The notes beneath the pieces were generated by a model. The model was not told the DNA's origin. It searched no databases and saw nothing but the letters and a program-made list of their open reading frames with translations. A program made the position numbers and the translations under genes. DNA of 63,951 bases, counting the filler, from Reclinomonas americana ATCC 50394 (Eukaryota): NCBI GenBank assembly GCA_048213135.1. It is 43 parts of 43 records of this genome, joined end to end, with 100 filler letters (N's around TTAATTAATTAA, not from the genome) between each part and the next. Parts side by side here need not be neighbours in the genome. Positions count along the whole stretch, not along the records: positions 23,970 to 25,365 come from AFZH01025694.1; positions 25,466 to 26,860 come from AFZH01025695.1; positions 26,961 to 28,349 come from AFZH01025696.1; positions 28,450 to 29,840 come from AFZH01025698.1; positions 29,941 to 31,328 come from AFZH01025699.1; positions 31,429 to 32,820 come from AFZH01025700.1; positions 32,921 to 34,311 come from AFZH01025701.1; positions 34,412 to 35,801 come from AFZH01025702.1; 35 more parts are not named here. One strand, 5' to 3'. Shown one piece after another: positions 24,186-34,453 of this stretch. Each line of letters opens with the position of its first letter. Within the stretch, counting starts at the first letter, position 1.

Positions 24186-24407
24186 CTCCTTACTCCAACC
24201 ACCTGGCGGAGGCGTCGGCTTCACTCCAGCGTCACGACACAGCGCGCCATACACCGCCCGCACTGGTCTCTCAAACACGCCTGCGTAGTCGATCTTCCAC
24301 CGCACGCGTTCGCCTGCTTCCTTGATTGCGACGGCCTTGCGAAGCAGGTCGTTGAGGATGTCCGACGGCGGCAACGCAGGTGCGGATGACGATGATGAGG
24401 ACGCCAT
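24186..24407 (-). CDS. Hypothetical protein, first exon
   Basis: ATG 24407 MASSSSSSAPALPPSDILNDLLRK..., ending at an AG|GTTCGT donor. Confidence 0.45.
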
Positions 24408-24654
24408 ACAATTGCTCTCGCAACGACGGGAAGAGAGGTAAATGGATTTTCAGAGCTGCGGACACATTTACTTGGGAGCGAGGAGCGGGCTCGCTCGCTG
24501 TGAGGCGAGAGGAGCTTGTGGAAAGGCAGAAAGAGGTAATTATGCCGCTGAGCCCAGAAAATCGTATGTGTCGCAGAAGTGTTTTCGAACCCGGACTGTC
24601 TATCAGAGGCATCAATCGCCGAGACGATGAACAAAGCGTTTACGATCTTGAGTC

Positions 24655-25188
24655 TCACTCTGCATCGCCCTCATCACTCTCCATACTCTCTGCATCATCC
24701 TCATCACTCTCCTCACCCAAACTCGGCATCTCAACATACAGCACAATCTGCATCCACAAGTCGGCCGGCAACACCACGCCCGTGCTGGCCTGCAACTTGT
24801 CGGCCAACAGCACATGGTAGATTTCGAACAGCAGCACCCGATGCAGCGTCGCGCGGGCAAGGCTGCGCATGACGCCGCCCGGAGCCAGCAACCTGACAAA
24901 CGGCGACATGGGATCGGCGGAACGTCGGCGGTGGTTGTTGCGGTACATGCCATGGGCATCTCCCACAATGAGACTGTCGATCAGGCGGCGCAGCACGTCA
25001 CACGACGGCGCCGAATTGTCCAGAGGCGGTGCAATGGCGCAGCTGAGTTTCACCAGCGGGAAGGGCACCGACATATCCAGCACCGGCTGGAGCTCGGGGG
25101 AGGCGAGGGCACACTTGCACTGGTCGATCCACTCTTTCACAATGTACTCCGCTGCTGTCATGTAGAACCGATCTCGCTCGTCCGGCAA
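24655..25188 (-). CDS. Hypothetical protein, last exon, with a C-terminal F-box-like motif and acidic tail
   Basis: Acceptor ctgcag upstream; ...VVLPADLWMQIVLYV...EESDEDDAESMESDE*. Confidence 0.6.
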   Translation of the reverse strand: MPDERDRFYMTAAEYIVKEWIDQCKCALASPELQPVLDMSVPFPLVKLSCAIAPPLDNSAPSCDVLRRLIDSLIVGDAHGMYRNNHRRRSADPMSPFVRLLAPGGVMRSLARATLHRVLLFEIYHVLLADKLQASTGVVLPADLWMQIVLYVEMPSLGEESDEDDAESMESDEGDAE

Positions 25189-25465
25189 CTGCAGAGAGCG
25201 TCGTCAGTGATAATCAAGAGAGCGAGAGAGGGCACAGACAGAAAGAGAGGCGGCGAGACAAGGGAGATAGATAGAGGTGGTGAGGAGAGAAGAGACAGAT
25301 GTGAGAGATAAAGCAAATGCTAGTATCCTTGTCATCCGAGTCTCTCTCTCTCTCTCTCTCTGTACNNNNNNNNNNNNNNNNNNNNNNNNNNNNNNNNNNN
25401 NNNNNNNNNTTAATTAATTAANNNNNNNNNNNNNNNNNNNNNNNNNNNNNNNNNNNNNNNNNNNN

Positions 25466-26087
25466 AGCATGAGTGAAACGGCTCGGAACTACGCAACTGC
25501 GATGCAGTAACGAAACCTTATTCACAGGGTCGACCAAGCCCTCAAGCAGAGCACTGAGGGTGGGATATGCTGCCGGCAGTCCAATAGCTGTGAATAACAT
25601 GACGCAGTTGTCAGCGCGCCAGCACCACAGTGTGTGAGGGGAAGCGCGCAAACACCTCCGAGAGCGCATGCTGCTTCTTCGCGAACAAGAGGCTCCGAGT
25701 CTCGCAACGCATTCAACAATGCAAATACGGTGTCGCTTGTAGGTTGCAAGTAGCTGTGAAGCGATTTGGCGGTAAGATAAACACACATGAGAGTGCACAA
25801 AGAGTAAGATATTGACTGCACCGTGTTCCATGCTCCCCCGATATCGACTTGTCCTGGTGTGCAAGCGAGAAATCCGAAGCCACTGGCTGTCATTCTCCCC
25901 AACGAGTGAGCGAGCCACGAATGACAGTCATCGCTGAGCGCGCACATTCGACGCACCTCTGCGTACTCGCCGTCGAGTAGACCACGCCGAACCGCAGAAA
26001 TGAGTTCTCGCGCATCGAACGCCAGTCGTTGTGTCTCTAGTTATTGTGTTTTCGTTGGCGCAAATAAATCGAGTTGATGAGCAGCTG

Positions 26088-26136
<49 letters not shown>

Positions 26137-26772
26137 CAAAGAACTAAACATACCTGATGCTCCATCTCGTGACCTGAAAAACACAAGCTGTGGAGGAGAG
26201 GAAAACGGCGCAGCAACATCGGCCGACACGAAGACCTATTAAATCACAAAGAATTATGAGCATGCGCGCTTTCCTCATGTGCACAGTATCTTCTACCTCC
26301 AGAAATGGGGGATTGAGGAAACGCGGAAGCCCAAGTCCAAACGCGGCAGCGGCCCGCACGCGAGCACTAGCATTAGTGTGGATTAGCTGGACCAGAACCT
26401 TTTCACCTGCAAGAACCGACTGATATGAGGCTGCGAGAAAGCAATTTTGTGTGAACCGAGAAGAAATGGCGAGCACCTTCGACGCCGCAGTTGCGAATGG
26501 TTTGCACAACAACCTTGCGCTCGACGTTGCCCGTCACCAATAAATCGAGTAGTACTGGTACCTGAAAAGTGTGTGTGAGTGGAGAAACAGGACAGCGTGC
26601 TGTGGGAGTCCCATGTGCCACGCACAGCTGGTGTGGCAAGCTGGTGTAGTTGACCAATGGCACGAACTGCGTCGACTTTGCGATTAAAGTCACCCTGTCG
26701 ACATTCTCGCACGAGTGCCGGCAGGACGACCAGGCCCTGGACCAGGGGATGGTTGGCAAGATGCGTTCTGCC
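25466..26772 (-). CDS. HEAT/PBS-lyase-like repeat protein, spliced, internal
   Basis: RKVDAVRAIGQL; VRAAAAFGLG; LLNALRDSEPLVREEAACALG. Confidence 0.75.
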
Positions 26773-27139
26773 AGGGACACGCGATGTGAGGAAAAAGGGA
26801 CTGTCGCAGCAAATGGCATGAATCACGAAGTTGCTCATCTCAAAGCTTCTCACTCGCTGANNNNNNNNNNNNNNNNNNNNNNNNNNNNNNNNNNNNNNNN
26901 NNNNTTAATTAATTAANNNNNNNNNNNNNNNNNNNNNNNNNNNNNNNNNNNNNNNNNNNNTACTCTCTCTCTCTCTCTCTCTCCTCCTCTCTCCTCCTCT
27001 CTCTCTCTCTCCTCCTCTCTCTCTCTCTCTCTCATCGTGAGTAAATGCCAGCGACGAACGTCGTCGGTCGTTCTCAGGACATGCACAATCCACACCTCGA
27101 GCTCGCACCCACACACCTTCCACCTTCTTCTTGCACGCC

Positions 27140-28213
27140 ATGTCGACCTTCACGAGCAGGTGCTTCCGTGCCAAGAGTGCGGTGAACTCTGTTGCCATCA
27201 CTCCAGACGGCCAACGTATTGTCACTGGCTGTGACGATAAGACTGTGCGAGTGTGGTCACTGGCCAGTGGAGAGGAAGTGCAGCGACTGGAGGGGCACCA
27301 CGGATGGGTGCACTGTGTCGCCGTCACTCCCGACGGGCAGCACGTTGTGAGCGGGAGTCGTGATGCGACAGTGCGGGTGTGGTCACTGGCGAGTGGGGAG
27401 GAAGTGCGTCGGATTGACGGACACACTGAGCCAGTGCTGTCCGTTGCCGTTACTCCCGATAGTCAGCATGCTGTGAGTGGGAGTCACGACATGACTGTGC
27501 GCGTGTGGTCGCTTGCCACTGGAGAGGAAGTGTGGCGACTGGATGGGCACACGGGGTCGGTGTTCTCCGTGGCCGTCACTCCCGACGGTCAGCATGTCGT
27601 GAGCGGGAGTGGGGACACGACGATGCGTGTGTGGTCACTGGTGAGTGGCGAGGAGGTGCAAAAGATGATGGGGCACGCTGGTGCGCTGTTCTCTGTCGCT
27701 GTTACTCTCGACGGTCAGCACGTGGTGAGCGGCAGTGACGACAACTCGGTGCGAGTGTGGTCGCTGGCGAGTAGCGAAGAGCTGCGACGGATGGATGGGC
27801 ACACCAAATGTGTGTGGTGTGTTGCCGTAGCTCCCGACGGTCGGCACGTTGTGAGTGCTGGCGGCTATGACAAGACAGCGCACGTGTGGTCACTGGCGAG
27901 TGGAGAAGAAGTGCACCGGTTGGAGGGCCACCCGAAAAATGTGTGGTCTGTTGCCGTCGCACCCGACGGTCAGCATATCGTGAGTGGGTGTGGCGATGGC
28001 CATGGCACCGTACAAGTGTGGAGTACGCCGTTTGGCCTCGCCCCGAAGGAGCTCGATTGTGCGCGGTCGGCCCTGCGCGCTGTGCAGGAGATGCAGGAAG
28101 ACGAAAGCGAGAATCCGCGCTGCCTGGTGGAGATCGTGCTACGCTGTTTCCTGGTCGAAGAGGCAGAGGTCGTGTTGTATCGCAGCTCTGTCGACGTCGA
28201 TCTCCGACAGTGA
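27140..28213 (+). CDS. Complete intronless 7-blade WD40 protein (357 aa) with conserved C-terminal tail
   Basis: Seven 42-aa (126-bp) repeats GHxxxVxSVAVTPDGQHVVSGSxDxTVRVWSLASGEEV; tail STPFGLAPKELDCARSAL...RCLVEIVLRCFLVEEAEVV. Confidence 0.95.
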   Translation: MSTFTSRCFRAKSAVNSVAITPDGQRIVTGCDDKTVRVWSLASGEEVQRLEGHHGWVHCVAVTPDGQHVVSGSRDATVRVWSLASGEEVRRIDGHTEPVLSVAVTPDSQHAVSGSHDMTVRVWSLATGEEVWRLDGHTGSVFSVAVTPDGQHVVSGSGDTTMRVWSLVSGEEVQKMMGHAGALFSVAVTLDGQHVVSGSDDNSVRVWSLASSEELRRMDGHTKCVWCVAVAPDGRHVVSAGGYDKTAHVWSLASGEEVHRLEGHPKNVWSVAVAPDGQHIVSGCGDGHGTVQVWSTPFGLAPKELDCARSALRAVQEMQEDESENPRCLVEIVLRCFLVEEAEVVLYRSSVDVDLRQ

Positions 28214-28261
28214 TTCATCGTTGTTTTTTCAGTGGTTTCCTTCGTCCCCTTGCACAAGATC

Positions 28262-28304
<43 letters not shown>

Positions 28305-28449
28305 GTCGTACGTCTACGTACGTACGACGTACGTACGACGTACGACGTANNNNNNNNNNNNNNNNNNNNNNNNNNNNNNNNNNNNNNNNNNNNTTAATTA
28401 ATTAANNNNNNNNNNNNNNNNNNNNNNNNNNNNNNNNNNNNNNNNNNNN

Positions 28450-29540
28450 ACTGGCGGTGGCTGTGGTGTCGGTCTATACAGCAGGTGAGGAATGCGGAGT
28501 ACGAGGCACAGAGGAGGAGGCTAGAGCACGAAACTGTGTGACCGCACTGGGTGCTGCTGGAGGTTGGGGTGGTGCTGCTGCTACAGCAGCTGGTGGTGCT
28601 GCGGCAGGTGGCGGTGGCGGCGGCGACGGTCGGTGCGGTGGTGGCGGCGGAGCAGCAATCTGGTGTGTTGGCGGACGCGGTGCGGCAGGTGCGGCAGATA
28701 CTGCAGCGTGCGCAAGCGGTCGCACGCCATCGTCGTCCAAAAACTCCTCTTCGTCGTCGCTGAGAATCATTTGTTGCGCTGCGAGTAGCAGGCAGTGAGA
28801 TACAAGAAGTGAGGGAAACCCCACTTTTTCTCTCTCACCGGTCATTGGCCGCTGCGTTCTCGACACCCCTGCAACAGGGACCGGCGCAGCGACGGGAGCG
28901 GGGGCAATGGGTGCAGTGCGCGCGGCCACGACTGTTGAATTCAACCCTGGCAGTTGGATCTGCTGCCGTGGTGGAGCTTGAATGGTGGGTCGAGCCGGCA
29001 ATTCCTCGTCCTCATCTTCCGAAAGCAGAGGCGTGTCGCCAGACGGCGTACGGCTCGGCTGCATCGACTGCATCATCGCTCTCTTCAGAGCTGGCCAACA
29101 ACCGAAGTGCGACAAACTTCGCGACATGCAACTCACCTGCAAGGGGATCGGTGCGGGGGTGGGTGTGCCGCCGGCCACCGGTCGTGCACCGCCGCGCATC
29201 GGTCGAGGTGGTTCGCGCAACATGGATCCGTCGGCGGCCACAGCCGGTGGCTGCGCGTGAAGTGCAGGCGACGCCTCGCCGCTTGCGCTGCCCGCCGTGG
29301 CGCTCTTGGTTTCTGCAGCGCATGTGAGGGACGGAATGGAAACCAAAAAAGGGCACGATTTTTGTTTCGCACGAAACTCTTGCGTCGAGTGGCATCGGTG
29401 GAGTCTCCGGCATCGCTCTTCTTTTTCTTCTTGACGGGAGTGGAGGCGTCACCGGTGCCGGCGGTCGCAGCGGTGGAAGCAGCAGTTTTCGCCTTTTTCC
29501 GTTGGGGCTCGCCGGGGCGTGAGGAGCTGTCGTCCACGGC
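28450..29540 (-). CDS. Disordered Pro/Ala-rich protein with NLS-like basic clusters, spliced, internal
   Basis: PQRKKAKT, KKKKKS; GT-AG-bounded exons. Confidence 0.5.
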
Positions 29541-29627
29541 TGCAGGGGGGAAGGGTGTATGAGGGAAGAGGGGGAGGGGGAAGGAAAAGGGTGAATGAGA
29601 AGGGGGAAGGGAAGGGCGAATGAGAGA

Positions 29628-29727
29628 AGGGGAGAGGAGAAGGGGAGAGGAGAAGGGGAGAGGAGAAGGGGAGAGGAGAAGGGGAGAGGAGAAGGGGAGA
29701 GGAGAAGGGGAGAGGAGAAGGGGAGAG
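29628..29727. repeat. Purine-rich 13-bp minisatellite (GGGGAGAGGAGAA)n
   Basis: About seven tandem copies read directly. Confidence 0.8.
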
Positions 29728-29940
29728 GAGCGGAAGGAGAAGGGGAAGACGAAGGGGAAGACGAAGGGGAAGATGGAAGGGGAAGATGGAAGGGAAAAGA
29801 TGGAAGGGGAAGAGTGAGGGAAAGGGGAAAGACGTAGGGANNNNNNNNNNNNNNNNNNNNNNNNNNNNNNNNNNNNNNNNNNNNTTAATTAATTAANNNN
29901 NNNNNNNNNNNNNNNNNNNNNNNNNNNNNNNNNNNNNNNN

Positions 29941-29971
<31 letters not shown>

Positions 29972-30031
29972 CCTCCTCCCTCCTCCCTCCTCCCTCCTCC
30001 CTCCTCCCTCCCTCCCTCCTCCTTTTCTCAC

Positions 30032-31086
30032 CTCGCTCCCACAGGCGCACCAGCCCATCTACACCACCGGTCACCACGCGCCCATCCAACAGCACCGCCA
30101 CGCCAAACACGGGACCCTCGTGGCCCTCCAGCATCGCCACTGGCCGATTGTTATCCGTGTCTTGCAAATGCCACACCGTGACACGCCCATCTGTGCAACA
30201 GGCAAAGAGTCAGCAGCGAAAAAAGCATCATCGCCACAAGCCGCCATCACCCACCTCGCCCACTGGTCACCAACAGCGAGCAATCCCGCGACACCGCCAC
30301 CGCATCCACCGTCCTCGCATGCGCCTTGAGCACCGCACGCAGACCGCCACTCGCCAACGACCACAGCGCCACCAACCCCTTACCATGCCCCGTCACCACC
30401 AGTTCCCCACCCTCACACGCCACCATTGACCGCACCGAGCGACCCACCCCCGGCACCAGCACATTCACCACCGAACCCGTCTCCAACGTCCACACCACCA
30501 CTCTCCGATCCCTCCGGCCTCCACTGACCACCCACCGCTCATCCGGCGTCACCGCCACCGCGCCTACACCACCAACATGCGCCGCACGCACCACCCACTC
30601 ACCCACACAACTCAACACCCCATCTCCTCCTGCACCAACCACCACACACCGTCCCGACGCCACCACCGCCATGACCGTCACCTCCTCACAATGCAAATAC
30701 TCCAACGACCGGCTCCACTCCGGCACCTCCACGCGTCTCTGCCGCACCACCATCGGCCACAGATCCCACAACTGCACAGTGGAGTCGCCGCCCAACAACA
30801 CCACCAGTCGCGTGGCATCAGTCGGCACAAAGGCGCACGCCTTGATCGGTGCCTGCATGAACACCTCGCCCAGCTGCTCACATGCACTGCTGCTCACGTG
30901 CCATATGTAGAGGAGAGTGCCGGAGGAGGCGGCGATGGCGAGCAGTTGCGTGTTGGCGGAGGGTGTGGGCGGGAGAGCGGGCGAGGTGGTGAGTGTGGTG
31001 ATGGGCGCGTCGCGGTGGTGGAGGAGTGTGTGGGTGATGTGCATGCGGGGAGGCGCGGGTGGGGCGATCGAGGCGCCGCAGCCCAT
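30032..31086 (-). CDS. WD40-repeat protein with N-terminal MGCGAS acylation motif, 5' part, spliced
   Basis: MGCGAS; AHVGGVGAVAVTPDERWVVSGGRRD; GHEGPVFGVAVLLDGRVVTGGVDGLVRLW. Confidence 0.82.
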
Positions 31087-31178
31087 TGGATACGTAGGAA
31101 TGTCCGTCGGTGTGGGACTTGTCGCGCAGATATTGTGTGTGTGAGAAGCATGGAGGCGCCGGTGAGTGTGTGAGGAAT

Positions 31179-31261
<83 letters not shown>

Positions 31262-31428
31262 GACGTACGACGTACGTACGTACGTACGTACGTACGTACG
31301 TACGTACGGTACGGTACGGTACGGTACGNNNNNNNNNNNNNNNNNNNNNNNNNNNNNNNNNNNNNNNNNNNNTTAATTAATTAANNNNNNNNNNNNNNNN
31401 NNNNNNNNNNNNNNNNNNNNNNNNNNNN

Positions 31429-31860
31429 CTGCCGCCAATCACAGCGTTGCCCGCCGCACTCACATTGCCGGCTGTCGTAAAGCTGCCACCAGTCACAAGA
31501 CCAGTCACCGTCTCGCTACCGCCAATCACAGCGTTGCCCGCCGCACTCACATTGCCGGCCGTCGTAAAGCTGCCACCAGTCACAAGACCAGTCACCGTCT
31601 CGCTGCCGCCAATCACAGCGTTGCCCGCCGCACTCAAATTGCCGGCTGTCGTAAAGCTGCCGCCAGTCACAAGACCAGTTACCGTCTCGCTGCCGCCAAT
31701 CACAGAGTTGCCCGCCGCGCTCAGGTTACCGGCCGTCGTCAGACTGCCGCCAGTCACAAGACCAGTCACCGTTGCAGTGCCGCCGACAACTGCATTGCCT
31801 GCCACGCTCAAGTTGCCAGCCGAAGTCAGACTACCGCCGCTAATCAAGCCAGACGTGCTC
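31429..31860 (-). repeat. 87-bp coding tandem repeat, about 5 copies, truncated by the contig end
   Basis: Near-identical units containing ccgccaatcacagcgttgcccgccgcactc. Confidence 0.92.
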
Positions 31861-32820
31861 ACGCTGCCTGCTTGCATGCTGCCGACGGTCGTCAAACTAC
31901 CATTTGACACGACACCACTGACAGTCAGAGACCCTGTGATCGTCGTATTGCCTGTGATGGCAGTCGCACCAGCAACGGCCACTGTGGTTCCACGCAGGTT
32001 AATCGTCGCACCATCAACGTTGATGGTGGTGGTCGGAGTTGTCGAGTTGCCGAGTTGTATAGTGGTACTCGCATCAGCTGTCGTCGTCGTTGCACGAGCA
32101 GCAGTCGCACCGGGAAGGCCGATAGTAATCGTTGGTGCAGAGATGTCCGCTCGGGTAGAAAAGTCCGACCGGAGAGTGGCTGCAGCCACAGTAAGCGTGG
32201 CAGATGCTTGCACATTGGCGTTGGTGGCCCCGACATGCACGGTAACGCCGTCGATATTGATGTTGGTAGTCGGAGTCATTGAGTTGCCGAGTTGAAGAGT
32301 ATCTCGTGCATCGACAAGAGTGGTGGCTGAGCGCACGTTGCCGGTCGAATCCACGCCGACTTGCACACTGGTGGTACTGACAGTGAACAACCCAGTGCCA
32401 GTCAACCGCATTTGCCCATTCTGCCAAGAGATGCCGTCGGAAAAATCGAGCAGAGGATTGACCTCAAGCAGAGTTCCCCCAGCTACGTCGAGCGCGACAC
32501 CTGCGTTCTGCCCGGACTGGAACTTGAGCAATCCGCTAATAGTGAAGTCGCCGAGCAGTGCAAATGAGCCGACGTTGAGCGTCTGTCCGGATACGCTGAG
32601 GTTGCCCGTAATGGATACTGGTTGAGTTGCGTCCGATGGAATAACAAGTCGATTTGATCCATCAATAACAAGTTTGAGGGTGCTACCGTCCGAGTCATTG
32701 CCTGCTCGTCGTTATCCAATCAGAACATGGTTCAACACAACAAAAATCAAACAAAAATCGGCCTCTTGACTATATGCGCTTACCGCCAGTTGCAAATAGG
32801 CCAGTGTCATTGTCGGTGCC
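31429..32820 (-). CDS. Phage/giant-virus fibre-like Gly/Thr/Val-rich repeat protein, with intron 32702..32783, internal
   Basis: Splicing G|GTAAGC...GAGCAG|GC removes a TAA and gives GTDNDTGLFATGGNDSDGSTLKLVIDGSNRLVI; 29-aa repeats GLVTGGSxTTAGNxSAAGNAVIGGSETVT. Confidence 0.7.
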
Positions 32821-32920
32821 NNNNNNNNNNNNNNNNNNNNNNNNNNNNNNNNNNNNNNNNNNNNTTAATTAATTAANNNNNNNNNNNNNNNNNNNNNNNN
32901 NNNNNNNNNNNNNNNNNNNN

Positions 32921-34290
32921 GGGTCGCGAAGAAACAAGTGGTGGCGGGGAAGGGGCGGCGGCAGAGTATGTTGTGCGCGGACTGCTTCCGTTCGTGGTCA
33001 GCACTTGCCACGCAGGTGGCGACACCACGCCTGCGCCGTGTGTGTACGTGGGTGGTGGGGACGCAAAGAGTGGCCCGTTGGGCAGTTGTTGTTCGCGAGC
33101 GCCAAATGACTTGGCGGTGCCGAGCGGAACAGTGGTGGAGTGAGGTGGAGGCGCACTCGGACGGCGTGGTGGTGACTTGCCGGGTCGCGAGGCATTCCAT
33201 GAATCTGCGTGTACACACCCACCCATTCAGCAGCCCATCATGCATTCGTTTCCACCCCGCTCACACGTACCGTATGTGGACAAAATGTCGCGGTGTGCTG
33301 CGCGACTGGTCTCGCCGTCGCCCGACACGACCACACCACGCAACGACGACGACGACGACGACGACGAGCCGTCGGTGAGTGTCAGCGGCGATCGCGGGGA
33401 CGAGAACAGTGGACCACCCCGGGACTGTGGAGGTGTTCCGGCACCGGCTGTGCGCGCATGCGAGAAGGGGGATCAGGCACAGTAGCGACGATCATATCAC
33501 GGACAAAGACAACGCAACTGGCCAGCAGCGCGTCCTGCAGAATGTTCTTGATACGCGAGGCCGACTCCTCCGGTGAGAGGTTGCGCTGGCCGGGGTTGGC
33601 GAGCTCGACCGACAGTGCACTCAGCGTCTGCTTCAGGTGCTCCAGCTGCTGGTTGGTGGCAGCGGGCGATGGCGACGACGCAGGCGGAATGGCGGGGCCT
33701 GGCGACAGTGGCGACATGTGCCCAGGTCGAGTGACTGTCGACGATAATCGACCTCCACTGCGCTCCAAATTGAACGTGGTGGAGTCGGCGACGCCGGCGG
33801 GCAGCGCCGAAAACGTGACCACCGTCGACGATCGCGCTTCCGGTCGGCTGCTCAACCCGTTCGACTCACTGGCGGCAGACGATTGCGGCGACTGACGCTG
33901 CCGCGAAGGGGCGCGCAGTCGCTGCACAGTCGAGTGCGGCAGTGGTGGGGGCGAGAGGCTGTGCGAGAGTCAGCAAACACGAGTCAAGGAGGCACACCAC
34001 GCACGTGCGTGCGCGCAACTGAATCGGCGGTCCTCCACTGGCAATATCGCGCAGGCGCGCAGCACGGTCACGCTCCTCCACCAACTCTTTGCGCAAAATG
34101 TCTAGCTCGCGCTTGTTGTTCTCCAGACCGCGCTGCAGACGCATAATGGTCTCCGACGAGTCCGCCAGCGTCGGCAAGAATCCGCTGTCGCGATACGTGA
34201 GCGGGTCTGGCACTGACTCGCGCCTCCCACCGCGAGGCATCGACCACGAGTCGTCGTAGTCGGTGGCCAAGTCACCGAGCGACATTGGTC
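32921..34290 (-). CDS. Disordered protein with short coiled coils, spliced, internal; allele of 46306..47667
   Basis: IMRLQRGLENNKRELDILRKELVEER; SNPs against the second copy include synonymous changes in the predicted frame, and an 8-nt indel lies in an intron. Confidence 0.6.
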
Positions 34291-34453
34291 CTGCACGATA
34301 CAACACAAGGGNNNNNNNNNNNNNNNNNNNNNNNNNNNNNNNNNNNNNNNNNNNNTTAATTAATTAANNNNNNNNNNNNNNNNNNNNNNNNNNNNNNNNN
34401 NNNNNNNNNNNGCGTCACCACCATCATCTCCGGAACCGTGGGTTCCATCCATC

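Noticed and set aside
27140..28030. 126-bp (and 87-bp at 31429) periodic repeats as a CRISPR-like array
   Set aside because: In-frame coding repeats without unique spacers; no cas genes
32702..32783. In-frame TAA suggesting stop-codon reassignment
   Set aside because: Explained by a GT-AG intron; other genes end normally in TAA, TAG or TGA
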